IMG/VR virus record: IMGVR_UViG_3300046501_000233
Location: 32,001-96,000 of that record
Origin: a virus
Direction: 5' to 3' (one strand)
Length of the DNA: 64,000 nucleotides
Below the pieces are notes generated by a model. The model saw only the letters and a list, made by a program, of their open reading frames with translations, made no database searches and was not told the DNA's origin. Shown piece after piece: positions 28,326 through 37,173 of the stretch. The translations under genes and the position numbers were made by a program. The stretch's first letter is position 1, and each line of letters opens with the position of its first letter.

Positions 28326-29894
28326 TCAAACCTCGCGCGTCGGACGGCTCTGGCCGTTCGGGAAGTCAAACGTCTTCTTGGCCGGAGCGTTCCCTTCTGT
28401 GTCGCCCGCTTCAGCGTCTGGGTGCTCGATCGTTGTCTTGGCGCCGGGGTCCGACGTCAGTTCGCCGGACGAGATCAGCGCATCGACCTTGGACCAGAAC
28501 GCGATCTCCTCGTCCTTACTGAACTCGGCGCTCAGCAAGTTGCGATTGACCATCTCGTCCAGCAAGACCGGACGGGAGATGCCGCGCTTTTCCCAGAGCT
28601 TCACGAGCTGGGCGATCTCGGTGATCTTGTCCTTGGTGTTCGAGAACTCCGTGTTCAGTGCGACCGTCACGTTGCTGTAATCGGCGCCGGTCCACTGGCT
28701 CATGAACCGGATGGCCTTCTCGATCGTGTCCTGCGCATTGATCGCCATATCGTGGACGACCGAGTGGACTCGGGTCTCCTGGATGTCGCGCTCGTTCTGC
28801 GGCACATACTGGCGGTGCGTGCCCGTGACCGGGTTCAGCGCCATCATGTCCATCTGCATTTCGAGGGCGTTGAGATCCTTGAAGCCGGACTCGATCGCAG
28901 TGCCCTTGGGTTCGACGTAATACCAGCGGCCATTGGCCTCGGGCGCGTAGAGCACTTTCCAAGGGCCGATCTCGAAGCCGGTCTGATCGTCCGGGTCGAT
29001 CTGCACGCCGGAGCACGCCAGCATCGGGAAGCGGGCGGCCGACAGGATCGAGCGCTGATCCGACGTCGAGATCCAGTGCTCGATCTGCTTGTAGGCCAGA
29101 TCGATGAACACCGGACGCACGAGATAGTCGGCTTCCTTTTCACCGGCATAGAACGTGGCGAACGGCACCTCGGCCATTTCGATCGGGGTCTCTTCGATAA
29201 AGTCCCAGTTCGAACCGCCGGACGTCGCCTTCTGCTCCCAGAGCTGAACGATGCCCTTGGTGCTGCCGGGGTCGACCTCGATCACACGCATCTGGTTGTA
29301 GAGGACTTCCTTGAAGCCTTCACGCGCCGAGCGCTGACCGCGGATGCGGACGTGGACAGTCTTGGTGTCGCCGCCGACGTATTCGTCATAGGCAGCCGCC
29401 ACGTCGTCCACCTTGTAGAGCTTCATGAAAGGACGAGCGCCGGACTGCTTCTGCTCGGCGAGGTTCTTCATGTTGAAGGTGTCAGGGTGATCGACCAGGA
29501 CGTGCGACATGCCGTCCAGAAAGCCGTTGTTGAACATCTGGTGGGCAAAGACGTGCAGGTGATTGCCCTGCAGATCGATGTCCTGCTGCCACAGGTCGAG
29601 ATCGGGCGTTGAGTTCGTGAGCTTGAGCAGCGTACGGAACGGCTTGGCTGACGCAGCGTCCACAGCCTCGCGCAGCTTGTTCAACGCGAAGGTCGAAGCG
29701 AGCCGCGCATTGTAACGCAGGTCGCTCTCCTTCTCGTACTGCGGAAGGAAGCTCTTGCCCTGCGCACGCATGGTCTCGGTGCCGCCATAGACGGCGCGGA
29801 GCATCGCGGTGCGCTCCCGCATGGTGGCGGCTGCCGAAGACAGTTCGCCGGGATTACCCGACTGTGGAGACGGGGTGTAAACGATATCGACCAT
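28326..29894 (-). CDS. portal protein (DUF4055-like)
   Basis: GGTETMR..G..FLP....E....Y..RL, P..DLA..QI.HW...SDQ..IL..AR.P.L; follows terL. Confidence 0.92.
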   Translation of the reverse strand: MVDIVYTPSPQSGNPGELSSAAATMRERTAMLRAVYGGTETMRAQGKSFLPQYEKESDLRYNARLASTFALNKLREAVDAASAKPFRTLLKLTNSTPDLDLWQQDIDLQGNHLHVFAHQMFNNGFLDGMSHVLVDHPDTFNMKNLAEQKQSGARPFMKLYKVDDVAAAYDEYVGGDTKTVHVRIRGQRSAREGFKEVLYNQMRVIEVDPGSTKGIVQLWEQKATSGGSNWDFIEETPIEMAEVPFATFYAGEKEADYLVRPVFIDLAYKQIEHWISTSDQRSILSAARFPMLACSGVQIDPDDQTGFEIGPWKVLYAPEANGRWYYVEPKGTAIESGFKDLNALEMQMDMMALNPVTGTHRQYVPQNERDIQETRVHSVVHDMAINAQDTIEKAIRFMSQWTGADYSNVTVALNTEFSNTKDKITEIAQLVKLWEKRGISRPVLLDEMVNRNLLSAEFSKDEEIAFWSKVDALISSGELTSDPGAKTTIEHPDAEAGDTEGNAPAKKTFDFPNGQSRPTREV

Positions 29895-29912
29895 TTCTGG
29901 TGTGTCCTGACA

Positions 29913-31376
29913 TTACCAGTCAAGGATCACGGCGCGACGGGGGCCGAGCAGCGAGTTGAATGCGTCAGACGCGGCATCGACCTGGTCGTCGTTGACACCG
30001 AGCGGGAATAGCTCCAGCTCGTCGAGGAACGCTTGGTTCCAGCTGCCTCTGACCAGTTTGACGTTTCGCGCTTCGCACTGCGCCGCAAATGCGGACGCTC
30101 GCGTTTCTTTCGGACCCGTGGGACGGATTGCCTTGACGTTATAGCCGGCGAGCCGGCGGATGAAACTCTGGGCCTGGCTCTTGCCGGCCTGACCTGGATC
30201 TTGCGGAAGGAAGATCTGCGTGGAGCGACCGTCCTCTGCTGCGGTCGAGAAGACCTTTCGCTCGACAGCCAGCGGCGTGTCGCGCATGCGGATGACGTTC
30301 TCGATGTAGAAGATGCCAGCAGAGTCCTTGGACATCTTGACGCCGACCGTGTAGTCGCCGTCCTTCGATGCCGCGAGATCCCAAGCCCGCACGACCGATC
30401 GCTTGGCCGGCAGCTCATTCACGATCTCGAACCACGAGGCCTTGAACATGCCGCCGTCGTCGGACATCGGCTTCTGCTGATAGAGAGCCGCAAACGACCG
30501 CTCGCCGAGAACGTCCTGACGATCCATCAGAGCGGCGTAGGAGAAACGGTTGGGAGCCAATGGCTCGTTCGGCATGCGCCGCAGCGGATCGCCGGGCACC
30601 GTGCCGTCATCGTTGAGGATCAGCTCCTTGGTGCCGTCTTCCTTGGTGATCGACTTGGTGTACGGGAGCGCCGGCAGATACAGGATTTCCCAGGGGAGAC
30701 CCTTGCCGTCGTTCATCAGCTCGATAAGGCGGCCGGCGATGTCGTCGTAGTGCCAGCGCGTGAGCGTGAGCACGATTGCCGCGTCTTCTTCGAGACGGGT
30801 GTAGACGACGTCTCGATACCAGGCCCACTGGTCTTCGCGGAAACCTGGCGACTCCACTTCCTTTCGATCCTTGATCGGATCGTCGATGAGGAAGAGATGG
30901 GCGCCCTTACCGGTCGTGCCCGAGCCGACGCCGACCGCGTAATACTGACCGCCCTGCTCCAGCTGCCAATCGTCTGCGGCGCGCTGGTCGGTTCGGATAC
31001 GGACATCGGGGTAGAGCGTTTGGAACTGCTCGCCCTTGATGATATCGCGGACGTTACGACCGAAGCCGGTGGCGAAGTCGGCGTTGTATGAAGCCGAGAT
31101 GACATTCTTGTGGGGGTTCCGGGCCATGTAATAGGCCGGGAAGCGGCGGGTCGACAGCTCGCTCTTTCCGTGCCGAGGCGGCGCGAAGAGCATCAGACGC
31201 TTGATTTCACCCCGCTCAACAGCCTCAAGCTTCTTCGCCACGATGTGGTGGAAGGGATCGGCGTAGTATTTGGGGAGCGTGTAAGTGGTGAAGTCGATGA
31301 GGTTTTCGCGGCCACGACGGCGATGCAATACCTCGGCTGCCGCCGCCTCGGGTGAGACGTCGGTGAGATCGAGCAC
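29913..31376 (-). CDS. terL: terminase large subunit
   Basis: PPRHGKS Walker A, TGKGA..LIDDP.KD, TRWH.DD..GR, RAWDLA, DDQVDA. Confidence 0.97.
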   Translation of the reverse strand: MLDLTDVSPEAAAAEVLHRRRGRENLIDFTTYTLPKYYADPFHHIVAKKLEAVERGEIKRLMLFAPPRHGKSELSTRRFPAYYMARNPHKNVISASYNADFATGFGRNVRDIIKGEQFQTLYPDVRIRTDQRAADDWQLEQGGQYYAVGVGSGTTGKGAHLFLIDDPIKDRKEVESPGFREDQWAWYRDVVYTRLEEDAAIVLTLTRWHYDDIAGRLIELMNDGKGLPWEILYLPALPYTKSITKEDGTKELILNDDGTVPGDPLRRMPNEPLAPNRFSYAALMDRQDVLGERSFAALYQQKPMSDDGGMFKASWFEIVNELPAKRSVVRAWDLAASKDGDYTVGVKMSKDSAGIFYIENVIRMRDTPLAVERKVFSTAAEDGRSTQIFLPQDPGQAGKSQAQSFIRRLAGYNVKAIRPTGPKETRASAFAAQCEARNVKLVRGSWNQAFLDELELFPLGVNDDQVDAASDAFNSLLGPRRAVILDW

Positions 31377-31591
31377 GGTGAACTTTCAGTTGAAGTTTAG
31401 ACTCCGCCCGCGGCCTTGCGGCGAACGCCCCCGAAGCGGCGACTTGGGCAGAGTGAAAAAGGAAGACCCCACGCCCGCTGGCCTAGCGGATCGTCATGTG
31501 CTCATGACTCCTGGTGCGGTCAGACGTTCACTGGGTAACTAGATGTCCAGCTGCAGCGTCTGATCCCGAGGGGGGACTTGTTCTCGTGGCC

Positions 31592-33331
31592 TTACTGGCC
31601 GGCGGGCACCTTGCGAACGTAAGGACGTCCGAAGGTCACATCGGCAGCGACAGCGCCAGCGGCGAACGTCAGGTAAGCCTGAAAGCTCGTCGAGGTGTCG
31701 GTGCCAGCCAGTGGCGTGTTGATGGGCGTGCGCAACGTGCCGGACAGCGCGCCCGCTCCGTCCATGACGACGGCTGCAGTCGAACTGGGCGACAGAGCGG
31801 TGTCACAGGATAGCGACAGGGCGCGGAGACCCGTGTGACCCGCAGCGAGGGTGAAGTCGATGCACGCTTCGACCTGATCACCGGCAGCGCCGGAATAGGC
31901 CGCGGTGTTTTGGAAGTTGACCAGACGGCCAGCCGCATTGCTCGTGCCGGAGACCACGATCTTCTGAGCGGCAGCGCCGTTCTGCGTGGTTTTCGAGGCA
32001 ACGATCGTCATGGCGCCGTTTTCCGTCAGCGTCCAGCTGTCGGCCACCTCGCCGGTCGGAGCGGTCGTGCCGGACTTGGTGCCGGTCGTGCCGGTCAGCG
32101 CCGGGTTGCGGCCAACTCCCACGAGCAGGTTGCTCGCATCGAGATACAGGTCATTCAGCGTCGCGGTCTGCTGCATCAGCGTGTTTGCGACAGCCGCAAT
32201 TCCGTCGCCGAGCTTGATTGCGCCGAGCCAGTTCGGGTGAAGGAAGTCGCCCATGTCCGTTGCCGGAACAATGGTGCTTTCCAAGTCAACGACGTGGATC
32301 TTGCTCTTGTAGGCCGCGAGATCCGGGTCGGTCGCAAAGCTTCCGATCAGATCGTTGAGCGCGATGCGGTCAGCCTTACGAGCGGCGGAGAGCGCATTCC
32401 ACGTTGCGTCACTACGCGGCAGAACCTTGATCGCGATGACATGCTTGGCGCCGCCGTCGATGTAGGCCTTCCAGCAGGTCTTCAGGTTATTGTAGATCAC
32501 GGCCGGCGTGTCGGCGCTGCCGGTGAGGTCGTTGGTGCCGGCAAGCAATGAGACCAGCATGGGCGACAGACCGACGACAGTCGCGGTCTGCCCGGCCATA
32601 GCTGCAGCGGTCTCTCCGCCGGTGGCCTTGTTGTAGCCATAGGGCAGGAAGAACCGGCCACGGGTCTTGTTGATGAACTGCCAGAGCCAGGTCGGGCCGT
32701 TCGATCCGGCGGTGATGCTGTCACCTTCCGCGACGAAGCGGGCGTTCAGAGCCTGCAGTGCCACGGTGGTGGTGACTGCGACGACCGAAGACTTCGGCGA
32801 GTTGGTGCCGAGGGCGTTGGTTTCGCTGATCGTGTAGTTGACAGTACCAGGCTCCGATGCCGAGATGCCTACCACGAGTGCAGACTGGTCTGCATTGAAG
32901 GTCACTCGACCGTCGCTCGGCGAGATGGTCAGGATCGATCCGGACGTCTTTCCGACGATGTTGCCGATGACGGTGCCCGGAGCAGCGGTTTCCGCGAACG
33001 TCGACGCCGACAGGGTCAGAGACCCGAGGGCAACAGGGGTGCGTGGGACAACCGAAACCTTGGAGTCGACCACGCCGGCCCAGGTAATCACCGCGCCGCC
33101 GGCCGGCGCCGATGCGAACGCATATGACCAATTGCCCGACGAGTCGGCGGTGGCAGTGCCTGCGGAAGTGCCGTCCTTATAGACGGTAACGGTTGATCCC
33201 GGCTTTACGCCGAAGCCGACCCAGGTCTTGTTGTCGAGCGAGCCAGGCATGGCCGGCTCAAGAACTTGGAGGATGGGCTTGCGGCTGCCGGCAGAACGCC
33301 ACTGACCCTTACGAAATTTTGGACTGGCCAT
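31592..33331 (-). CDS. Ig-like/cadherin-like domain plus SGNH/GDSL esterase protein (possible virion appendage)
   Basis: PGSTVTVY..G...GTATADSSGNWS Ig-like; EGDSITAG, AGTND, DFLHPN SGNH blocks. Confidence 0.8.
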   Translation of the reverse strand: MASPKFRKGQWRSAGSRKPILQVLEPAMPGSLDNKTWVGFGVKPGSTVTVYKDGTSAGTATADSSGNWSYAFASAPAGGAVITWAGVVDSKVSVVPRTPVALGSLTLSASTFAETAAPGTVIGNIVGKTSGSILTISPSDGRVTFNADQSALVVGISASEPGTVNYTISETNALGTNSPKSSVVAVTTTVALQALNARFVAEGDSITAGSNGPTWLWQFINKTRGRFFLPYGYNKATGGETAAAMAGQTATVVGLSPMLVSLLAGTNDLTGSADTPAVIYNNLKTCWKAYIDGGAKHVIAIKVLPRSDATWNALSAARKADRIALNDLIGSFATDPDLAAYKSKIHVVDLESTIVPATDMGDFLHPNWLGAIKLGDGIAAVANTLMQQTATLNDLYLDASNLLVGVGRNPALTGTTGTKSGTTAPTGEVADSWTLTENGAMTIVASKTTQNGAAAQKIVVSGTSNAAGRLVNFQNTAAYSGAAGDQVEACIDFTLAAGHTGLRALSLSCDTALSPSSTAAVVMDGAGALSGTLRTPINTPLAGTDTSTSFQAYLTFAAGAVAADVTFGRPYVRKVPAGQ

Positions 33332-33395
33332 CGTTTTTGTCGATGCTCTCTTTGGTGATTGGAATGTTTGGGTGAAAAGGTGCTGAAGGCGCGAC

Positions 33396-33938
33396 CTAGT
33401 GGACGCTGTCCTTCTTCGGAGCCTCGGGCTTCGATCCGCGAGCGGCGATTTCCAGCAACTCGTCCTCGGACATCTTCTTGACGTCCTTGGTCACGTTGAG
33501 GTTCGTGGTGCTCTCGTCCTTCTGGCCGAGGTAGTTCTTGCCGAGGAAGATCGCGGCAGGCGCGTTCTTGTCAGCCAGGGTGAGCTGCTTGCGGCGGAGC
33601 GAAACCTTCGCGCCCTGCTGCCCGTCGTCCCAAGCTTCCCGGCTCTCCGGGAACTCGTTGAAAAATGTGGTTAGGGTGCGCTTGGTGACGCCGAGCACAG
33701 CGGCGGCCTCGTCCTGAGTACAGAACAGGCGCGCCAGCTCGAACAGCAGGCGCAGGGTGTCTTCGTCGGGATTGAGTTTGGCGTCGGAGCGGCGCTTGCG
33801 ATACGGCTGGTTCAGCTTCTCATCGAGAAACGACTGCTCGGCAGTATCCTTTTCGGACTTCGCATTGAGCGCTTCTTGGCGCGCAGCCCGCTCTTCGTTC
33901 GTCGGGCGACCCCGGCGACGGGCAGGAAAATCGGTCAT
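33396..33938 (-). CDS. terS: terminase small subunit
   Basis: RGRPT, CT.DE.AA.LGV..RTL HTH, SLRR.Q, IFLGKNYLGQ.D, MS.DEL. Confidence 0.85.
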   Translation of the reverse strand: MTDFPARRRGRPTNEERAARQEALNAKSEKDTAEQSFLDEKLNQPYRKRRSDAKLNPDEDTLRLLFELARLFCTQDEAAAVLGVTKRTLTTFFNEFPESREAWDDGQQGAKVSLRRKQLTLADKNAPAAIFLGKNYLGQKDESTTNLNVTKDVKKMSEDELLEIAARGSKPEAPKKDSVH

Positions 33939-33954
33939 TGTTGTTGCTCTTGGA

Positions 33955-34188
33955 TCAGTGCGTGGTGAGGATCAGATCGTCCTCAACGAGATCGCTCATG
34001 TTGATGCGCATCAGCCAGCTGTCAGGCGGGACTAAAGCTTCGATGAAGACCACCTCCTTCAGATCCTCGGTGTCCTCGCCAAACCGATCGAGCATGGCAG
34101 TGATAGGAACCGAGTATCCGTGGGTGAAGTGCAGCGTCTCGTTTTCGAGGTCGACGGTGAAACCGTAAGAAGCCGCGTCCATCGACAT
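33955..34188 (-). CDS. hypothetical protein
   Basis: Acidic 77 aa ORF tightly packed in operon. Confidence 0.6.
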   Translation of the reverse strand: MSMDAASYGFTVDLENETLHFTHGYSVPITAMLDRFGEDTEDLKEVVFIEALVPPDSWLMRINMSDLVEDDLILTTH

Positions 34189-34191
34189 TTG

Positions 34192-34524
34192 TCAGCTCGC
34201 CCGAGCGCCGGGAAGCGCCGTGTCGATCCAGTCGATGATCTGAGACCGCATTGATGCGCCCGTCTTCGTGGCCTTCACCTGCCCGCCTTCGAACAGAACG
34301 AGTGCAGGGATCTGGGCGATGCGGACGCGCTGGGCAACCAGCGGCACTTCATCGACATTGGCTGTGACGAAGGCGACCTTGCCTTCATATTCCTTGGCGA
34401 CAGCGTCGAGGACCGGCTTCATCGCCTTACACGGCGCGCACCACTTGGCCTCGAACTTGACGATCACAGGGATCTTGGACTCCAGCACATCTGCGCTGAA
34501 GCTGAACTCGTTGATGGATTTCAT
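34192..34524 (-). CDS. trxA: thioredoxin
   Basis: F.A.WCAPCK.M.P, NVDE, IP.L..F..G. Confidence 0.95.
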   Translation of the reverse strand: MKSINEFSFSADVLESKIPVIVKFEAKWCAPCKAMKPVLDAVAKEYEGKVAFVTANVDEVPLVAQRVRIAQIPALVLFEGGQVKATKTGASMRSQIIDWIDTALPGARAS

Positions 34525-34525
34525 G

Positions 34526-34936
34526 TTACCTCGAAAAGATCTTCTTCAGCGAAGAGACGCCGGCCACGCCGCATACGGTCAGAACGATGTTCGCCTGCAT
34601 GCCTTCGTAGATGCCGGGGAGCCTGGAGATTTGCCAGGAGCCGATCTCGTGGCCGAACATCGGTATGCTATCGAACACGATAGCCGCGATGTGCAGGAGG
34701 AAGACCGCGAAGGTGACAGGCACCATCCACGCGGTGAACCAGTGCTCGCGATCGTCCTTGCGCATATCGGCCGCCATACGGGCGACTTCGACCTTGTAGC
34801 GCAGCTCGGCGACATTCAGCTGGACGTCGCCGCCGATCGCCGTCTTGAACTTTTCGAGATCGGTATCGGCTTTCTTATTCAGCCATGTGAGAAGACCCGA
34901 CACGAAGCCGGGAATGAGTGTGAGAAGCCCGAACAT
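34526..34936 (-). CDS. multi-TM membrane protein (possible holin-like)
   Basis: AGGA RBS before ATG 34936; three hydrophobic segments. The longer track ORF overlaps a tRNA and is overextended. Confidence 0.65.
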   Translation of the reverse strand: MFGLLTLIPGFVSGLLTWLNKKADTDLEKFKTAIGGDVQLNVAELRYKVEVARMAADMRKDDREHWFTAWMVPVTFAVFLLHIAAIVFDSIPMFGHEIGSWQISRLPGIYEGMQANIVLTVCGVAGVSSLKKIFSR

Positions 34937-34951
34937 GTATGTCCTGAAGAT

Positions 34952-35023
34952 TGGCACCGGCGTAGGGTATCGAACCCTCTGACCGAGGTTTTGGAGACCT
35001 GGCCGCGACCTACGCTCGCCGAT
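34952..35023 (-). tRNA. tRNA-Trp(CCA), atypical with shortened D arm
   Basis: ATCGGCG/CGCCGGT acceptor, G discriminator, encoded CCA, loop CTCCAAA, GGTTCGATACC T arm; 72 nt. Confidence 0.75.
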
Positions 35024-35036
35024 GTGTTGATGAATT

Positions 35037-35200
35037 TGGTGGGATGACGGACTCAACCGCCTTGCCTGCTGCTCCCCAACAGCGCCCGCCCTCATGCGTG
35101 ACAGCGCCTGACTAGCGGCGCGTCCGGGCGGCCTGATGGTCTGTCGTAGCCGCGGAGTCACCGCGGGCTGGGGATTCGACAGCGCCTATTCAGGGCTCAC
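35037..35200 (-). ncRNA. structured RNA candidate between the two tRNAs, ending in T-arm-like hairpin plus CCCACCA
   Basis: Stems CTGTCG/CGACAG, CCGCGG/CCGCGG, CGCCC/GGGCG, GGCGG-TTGAGT-CCGTC then ATCCCACCA. Confidence 0.5.
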
Positions 35201-35202
35201 TA

Positions 35203-35278
35203 TGGCTGGGAAGGCAGGACTCGAACCTGCGACTCTCTGATTAACAATCAGGCGCTCTACCAACTGAGCTACAACCCA
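35203..35278 (-). tRNA. tRNA-Asn(GTT)
   Basis: 76-nt cloverleaf: TAGCTCAGTTGGTAGAGC D arm, loop TTGTTAA, GGTTCGAGTCC, encoded CCA; two U-U mismatches in acceptor stem. Confidence 0.93.
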
Positions 35279-35289
35279 AAACTCCACGG

Positions 35290-35730
35290 CTTGGAACATG
35301 GCCCCATTTAACCTGCCACCCCTATGTCCTTCTTTCATTTGACGATCGGCAGGCACCGCAAAAATTTAAGGGGGCGCCCGCAGGCAACCCCCATCGACCG
35401 CACTTTGGTCTCCTGCCCTTTCGGTCGATGGAGATGCCTGTTTCGGTCGATCGCACAGGTGGGAGTGATCCAATCCAGAAGTCGATCACTCAGGTCGCAG
35501 GCCTACTGGCTATCCTGCCTAGCGGACACCCGTTACCGGGGCCGTGAAACCACCTGATCTCTTGCCCCGATGGTATGCGTCGCAGTGACCAGTCGGGGCT
35601 TACGAAATGGTCTCAGGGTTTTGCAGCAAGCTGATTTGTGCCCTGAGTGCCGCGAGGTAAAGGAGGAGGAGGAACCCCCCGCGGCTGTCCGGGCATCACA
35701 GACGGTCGGCGTGTCTAGCGCCGCTCCCTG
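35290..35730 (-). ncRNA. chain of structured RNA elements upstream of tRNA-Asn
   Basis: No credible ORF; at least five stable hairpins/junctions, a GUAA tetraloop and a CCUCCUCCUCC loop on - strand. Confidence 0.55.
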
Positions 35731-35746
35731 CTAAGCTCCGGGGATG

Positions 35747-36892
35747 CTATTGTAGAAAGACAGGCGCAAGCTTCGCGCCGATGTCCGAGTAACCCGATCC
35801 ATTCGGATGGATGCCGTCAAAATAGAACGGCTCGTTGGCAGCGTATGGCCGCCACTGGCTACCCATATCGAAAACCGGAATGTTGTTGGTCGAACCAAGA
35901 TCGCGCACGTACTGCGCGAAGGCGAGCTGCAGCGGATCATCCCCGTTGACACCCTGCGGCTCGATCATCAGCATGACGTCGCCGGATATTTTCGCGGCGT
36001 CGATCACCATCTGATATTGGGCCTTGAAGTCTTCCGGGGTAATTCCGGTGGCAGGATCATTCACGGTCATGGCGATTACCGTCATGTCCGGACGAAGTGC
36101 CTCTATGCCGCCGAGCGTCGCGCCCGTCAGATTGCCGATCGTGGCGCCGAACCAGCCGGCGCGCATGACAAGCACTTCAGGACGCTGCGAGTTCGAGGCG
36201 ATCAGGCCGCTAATCAGGCCCGCATTTGCCCAGTGCTCAACGCTGATCGTCGAGTAACCCTCGCCAAGATCGATGGGGCTGCAAATGGTCGCGTCGCCAA
36301 AGCGCTGCGAATTATACATTGTCACGCTGGCGGCGGATGGCTGTTCATCGACGGAGACATAGATACCCCATTCACCGTTGTAGATGCCCAGCACTTCGAC
36401 AGTGTCGAATGCCGATGACGGGGTGAACGAAAACTTCACGCCAGTTTCGCCGAGCGCCGCGAGGACGTTCGCGCCAATGGAGCCAAGGCCGTAATCTGTC
36501 CAGCCTCCCATATCGATGCGATTGTCGTGGGCGTGCCAGTCGGACTCGTACTGGCCGCCGATGAACGAGTTCCAGGATGCCGGCAGCGCCGAGGCGTTCA
36601 GCATTTCGGCGAGCCTGGTCGGGTACGATGCCGCAGCCGCGTTGTTCTTCTGGTACGTTCCAGTGGTGTCGCCGGTGGCGCCGGATCCTGCAGTGATTGA
36701 GTTGCCGATGAACAGCAAGCGGGCGTTTCCTGTGCCGGCGATCACCTGAGCCTTTGCTGCGGACCAACTGGACGTATTCTCTGCCGTCCAATTCGTGAGC
36801 CCCGCAATGCCGGCCGGCTTGATGGCACGGGCGCGGCGCTTTTGCCGATGGTTCTGTCGCTTCAAGGCAGCGAGAAGTTCTTTCTTATTCAT
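35747..36892 (-). CDS. SGNH/GDSL hydrolase family protein
   Basis: FIGNSITAG, TVND, DGIHPN..GY. Confidence 0.85.
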   Translation of the reverse strand: MNKKELLAALKRQNHRQKRRARAIKPAGIAGLTNWTAENTSSWSAAKAQVIAGTGNARLLFIGNSITAGSGATGDTTGTYQKNNAAAASYPTRLAEMLNASALPASWNSFIGGQYESDWHAHDNRIDMGGWTDYGLGSIGANVLAALGETGVKFSFTPSSAFDTVEVLGIYNGEWGIYVSVDEQPSAASVTMYNSQRFGDATICSPIDLGEGYSTISVEHWANAGLISGLIASNSQRPEVLVMRAGWFGATIGNLTGATLGGIEALRPDMTVIAMTVNDPATGITPEDFKAQYQMVIDAAKISGDVMLMIEPQGVNGDDPLQLAFAQYVRDLGSTNNIPVFDMGSQWRPYAANEPFYFDGIHPNGSGYSDIGAKLAPVFLQ

Positions 36893-36905
36893 CTGACCTT
36901 TCCGA

Positions 36906-37172
36906 TCAGTTGTCGACGTGCTCCTGCGGGATGCGCCACGTAAGCGGCAGCGTGGAGCATGTCTCAGTGAGGCTTGGCACGAGTTTGGCGAACACCCAAT
37001 CGGCGTGTTGCTTCTCGATGCCGCCGAGAGGGCGCACGAGCTTGGCGTGCTGGTAGAGAACTTTGATCTCCTGCCCGTAGACGATGGGCTCCCAGATCGT
37101 GGGGTCGAGCTTGAGCCAGGCGATCATCGCGGATGCGTGCGCCTTGCTGTCAGCGACAATGGCGGAACGCAT
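36906..37172 (-). CDS. hypothetical protein
   Basis: 88 aa ORF packed in operon. Confidence 0.6.
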   Translation of the reverse strand: MRSAIVADSKAHASAMIAWLKLDPTIWEPIVYGQEIKVLYQHAKLVRPLGGIEKQHADWVFAKLVPSLTETCSTLPLTWRIPQEHVDN

Positions 37173-37173
37173 G

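Noticed and set aside
855-29612. Long + strand ORFs antisense to structural genes (e.g. 855-2639, 16561-18237, 27831-29612)
   Set aside because: Shadow ORFs from high GC3 codon bias on the coding strand; no recognisable motifs or RBS
35163-35185. GGGCTGGGGATTCGAC resembling a tmRNA 5' end
   Set aside because: On the opposite strand to the tRNAs and to the CCCACCA end; no tag reading frame found
35440-35495. Possible hammerhead ribozyme (CTGAGTGA ... CGAAAC on - strand)
   Set aside because: Core is CUGA-GU-GA rather than CUGANGA, and I could not build stems I-III consistently
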